Shown here: positions 61,545-64,000 of the stretch, in pieces
How positions within the stretch are numbered: position 1 is the first letter of the stretch
Layout of the letters: every line of letters begins with the position of its first letter
Source: Hemiscyllium ocellatum
Taxonomy: Eukaryota
DNA: 64,000 nucleotides
Reading direction: 5' to 3'
Assembly: GCF_020745735.1 (NCBI RefSeq)
Contig: NC_083443.1
Span: 23,487,006-23,551,005, forward strand
The notes under the pieces: generated by a model
What the model saw: only the letters and a program-made list of their open reading frames with translations
Databases searched by the model: none
What the model was told of the DNA's origin: nothing
Made by a program: the position numbers and the translations under genes

Positions 61545-63146
61545 GTAAAAATAAGTTATGTTACCTTATTAAGCCTGCAACAAAATGTCTTCGATATTTT
61601 CATTGCCATGACAGTACACTTGCAGTTTAAACATAATTTTCTTGATTGCTTTATGATCTTACTGTACAGACTTTTGTTCTAAATGCATTAAAAGGGGATA
61701 GTGCATGAAAAAAACAACTGTGCAAAACTCCTTCTAATTCATTATATGGGGCAATAATATTTGCCAAGTGTTAGTCGAAGCAAGTTATTAATGGAGCAAG
61801 TTGTTTAACAAATACAGTGGAAGAGTGTGTCTCTGTAAATTAGTATGAGCAAATACTGAGACATTGTCACAATTGGTGAAGTTATCAGGGATACATCTCT
61901 AGATGGTTGGTAGTCTGACATCATTAGATTATCTTTCTATCGCACATCTGGGGATGTCAGATTGACTAAACTGGAAAAGGGAATTGGGCAGAAATGTTAA
62001 CTCCTATCATGCATTCTGTAAAATAGATTTCACTCACCCCATCCACGAGTGACAATGTTCCCAAACTTGTATGACCATATCCTGTTGAGTGCATCTCCAG
62101 TCTTTCCTAGATTACAAGTGTTAGTTTCAAGAGTGTCGTGCCAATGAGCACCTTTCCAAGAAGGCTCACCTGTCTCACTTGGATCTTCCCTAGTGCCGTA
62201 CCCACTTTCCACATGGGTGCTATCCGAGCTAGTTTGACCATTTCTCATCCCTCCAAATCCTGCAATAACTATACATTTATATCATTGTAACTTCTTGCTG
62301 AAGCATGCTAAAAAAAAGTCATATTCCCTATGTTGCTATAGCTGTACTTGTGTAAGTTCCCTTTCTACTTCTGGTAGATGAAGAAACTACTGACAGAAAG
62401 AGCTTGGAGAAAACAAAAAGAGTGTTTTTCTAATGAAGAGTGGTGAAGAGAGTGGATCTATTCCTATTTCTACATTTACAGATAGAAATTGACTGGGATA
62501 TACGCCAGACTAAGAATATCTGGAGAGCCATCATGCTTTATTTTTATGCATTTGCATCAAAGAGATGTTCACATCCCATTTTCCTGTTGACTGGTTTTCT
62601 TGTTAAAAACTAATGTTCCCATAAATCTCATAACATCTTGGAGTCCCACCCTTAAGTCCTTGGGCTGCCTTTAAATTGGTCAAACCTGGATTCTTGGGAT
62701 TTTGAAACTAAATGTATTGTTCCTATTCTCAGATTGTCCACATATTTTTAAGAATTTAATGTTTTGTGAAATATTGCCCTTGGCTCTGATTTTTGATTTT
62801 GAAATAACTAAAGACGCCAATGTGATGTGAAAGATGAGTCATGGGAATCTGATTGCACATTAACATAAATACTGTAGTTTGGAACTACAGATGGTGATGT
62901 TAGGGACTTCAATTTTCTTATCATCACATGCATGGCCAATTGGGTGTTTGGCATGTCTTTTTGGTCACATTATGAATGCACTGTCTTTGTCCATCAAGGC
63001 CATCAAAAAGTAAGACTTGAACTTTGAACTTCTGGGTCAAGAACAAGAACTCACTATCCCAAACAACCTCAATAATGTTACCAGTAGGGAATGGTTATTT
63101 GTAGAGACAAGCATTCATGCTGCAACTAATTTTGAATATTTATAGT

Positions 63147-63437
63147 TTAGATTAGATTACCTACAGTATAGAAACAGGCCCTTTGGCCCAACCCGTCCAT
63201 AATGACCATCTGAAGAGTAACCCACCCAGACACATTCCCCTACTCTATATTTACCCTAACTAATGCACCTAGAACTATGGGCAACTTAGCATGGCCAACT
63301 CACCTGACCTACACATCTTTGGATTGTGGGAGGAAATCGGAGCACCCAGAGGAAACCTACACAGACAGTCATCCAAGGTGGGAATCGAACCCGGGTCCCT
63401 GGCGCTGTGAGGTAGCAGTGCTAACCACTGAGCCACC
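63147..63437 (-). mobile_element. HE1-like SINE in RGR intron 5
   Basis: (attag)n tail, core and tRNA-like head on the minus strand. Confidence 0.85.
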
Positions 63438-64000
63438 AAGTCCCCCACCCCCTAATGCTGTTTAATTAAGAACTCATGCTAGCTACAAAGAGTATGACTT
63501 GATGGTTCCTGCTCAGTATCAATGTCCAAGCATTCAATTCAATGATTGACTCCATTCTGAAAGTTTTGTTGTAAAGCTCCACTTTGTGTACATCCCAAGC
63601 CATTAACAGCATTTCCCATCCAAATAGGTATTGTGAATCTTCAATACAGTGATAGCAGGAATGCAAAATGCAGCTATGAAGAAAATCTTAATGAGGGCAC
63701 TTTTTAATGTGGCAAACCGACAGAGATATTCAAGAAGTGCCAAGTGTTGAAAACCGTTCTATGAAATGGTAACAAGAGGGAAAACCCTGATGAAGAATGA
63801 AGGAATAATTTAGAAAATATTTTTCGCATGATGACTTACTTGGACAGAACACGCTCATTTCAATTCCCATTATGGCTGAGTGGAACACCCTCAAACAACA
63901 ATTTGATGACTATTTGTAGAGGAATATATACAATGAACCAGGAAGAGAACAAGAACTGGCAGATTTTTGGATGTGTAATTTCTGTTATTATATTTAGAAT

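Noticed and set aside
61545-64000. RGR exons 6-7
   Set aside because: No WGPY- or retinal-Lys-encoding exon found. They are presumably beyond the window, so this is not evidence of pseudogenisation.

Overview
Eukaryotic genomic DNA, almost certainly an elasmobranch (shark), judged from the AT-rich background, HE1-like SINEs, HER1/CR1 LINEs and a SacSINE1-like DeuSINE. The window holds the conserved vertebrate retinal gene cluster CDHR1(+) - LRIT2(-) - LRIT1(-) - RGR(+). It contains the last coding exon and 3' UTR of CDHR1, complete LRIT2 (3 coding exons, 563 aa) and LRIT1 (4 coding exons, 653 aa), and exons 1-5 of RGR; all splice sites and phases were read from the sequence. Intergenic and intronic DNA is dense in retroelements. 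These include a young, stop-free Neptune-type Penelope-like element (RT + GIY-YIG) nested in a SINE, several short fold-back Penelope pLTR insertions with hammerhead-ribozyme motifs and mostly 12-15 bp TSDs, CR1 fragments, a decayed Gypsy integrase and a solo LTR. The most notable unexplained signal is a second, diverged but intact copy of the CDHR1 transmembrane/terminal exon (3806-4021) about 0.9 kb upstream of the canonical one, with a same-phase acceptor. It would give an alternative short-tailed CDHR1 isoform. No CRISPR array, rRNA or true tRNA gene was seen. Gene names rest on recalled vertebrate orthologue sequences plus synteny. Repeat boundaries without a TSD are approximate.
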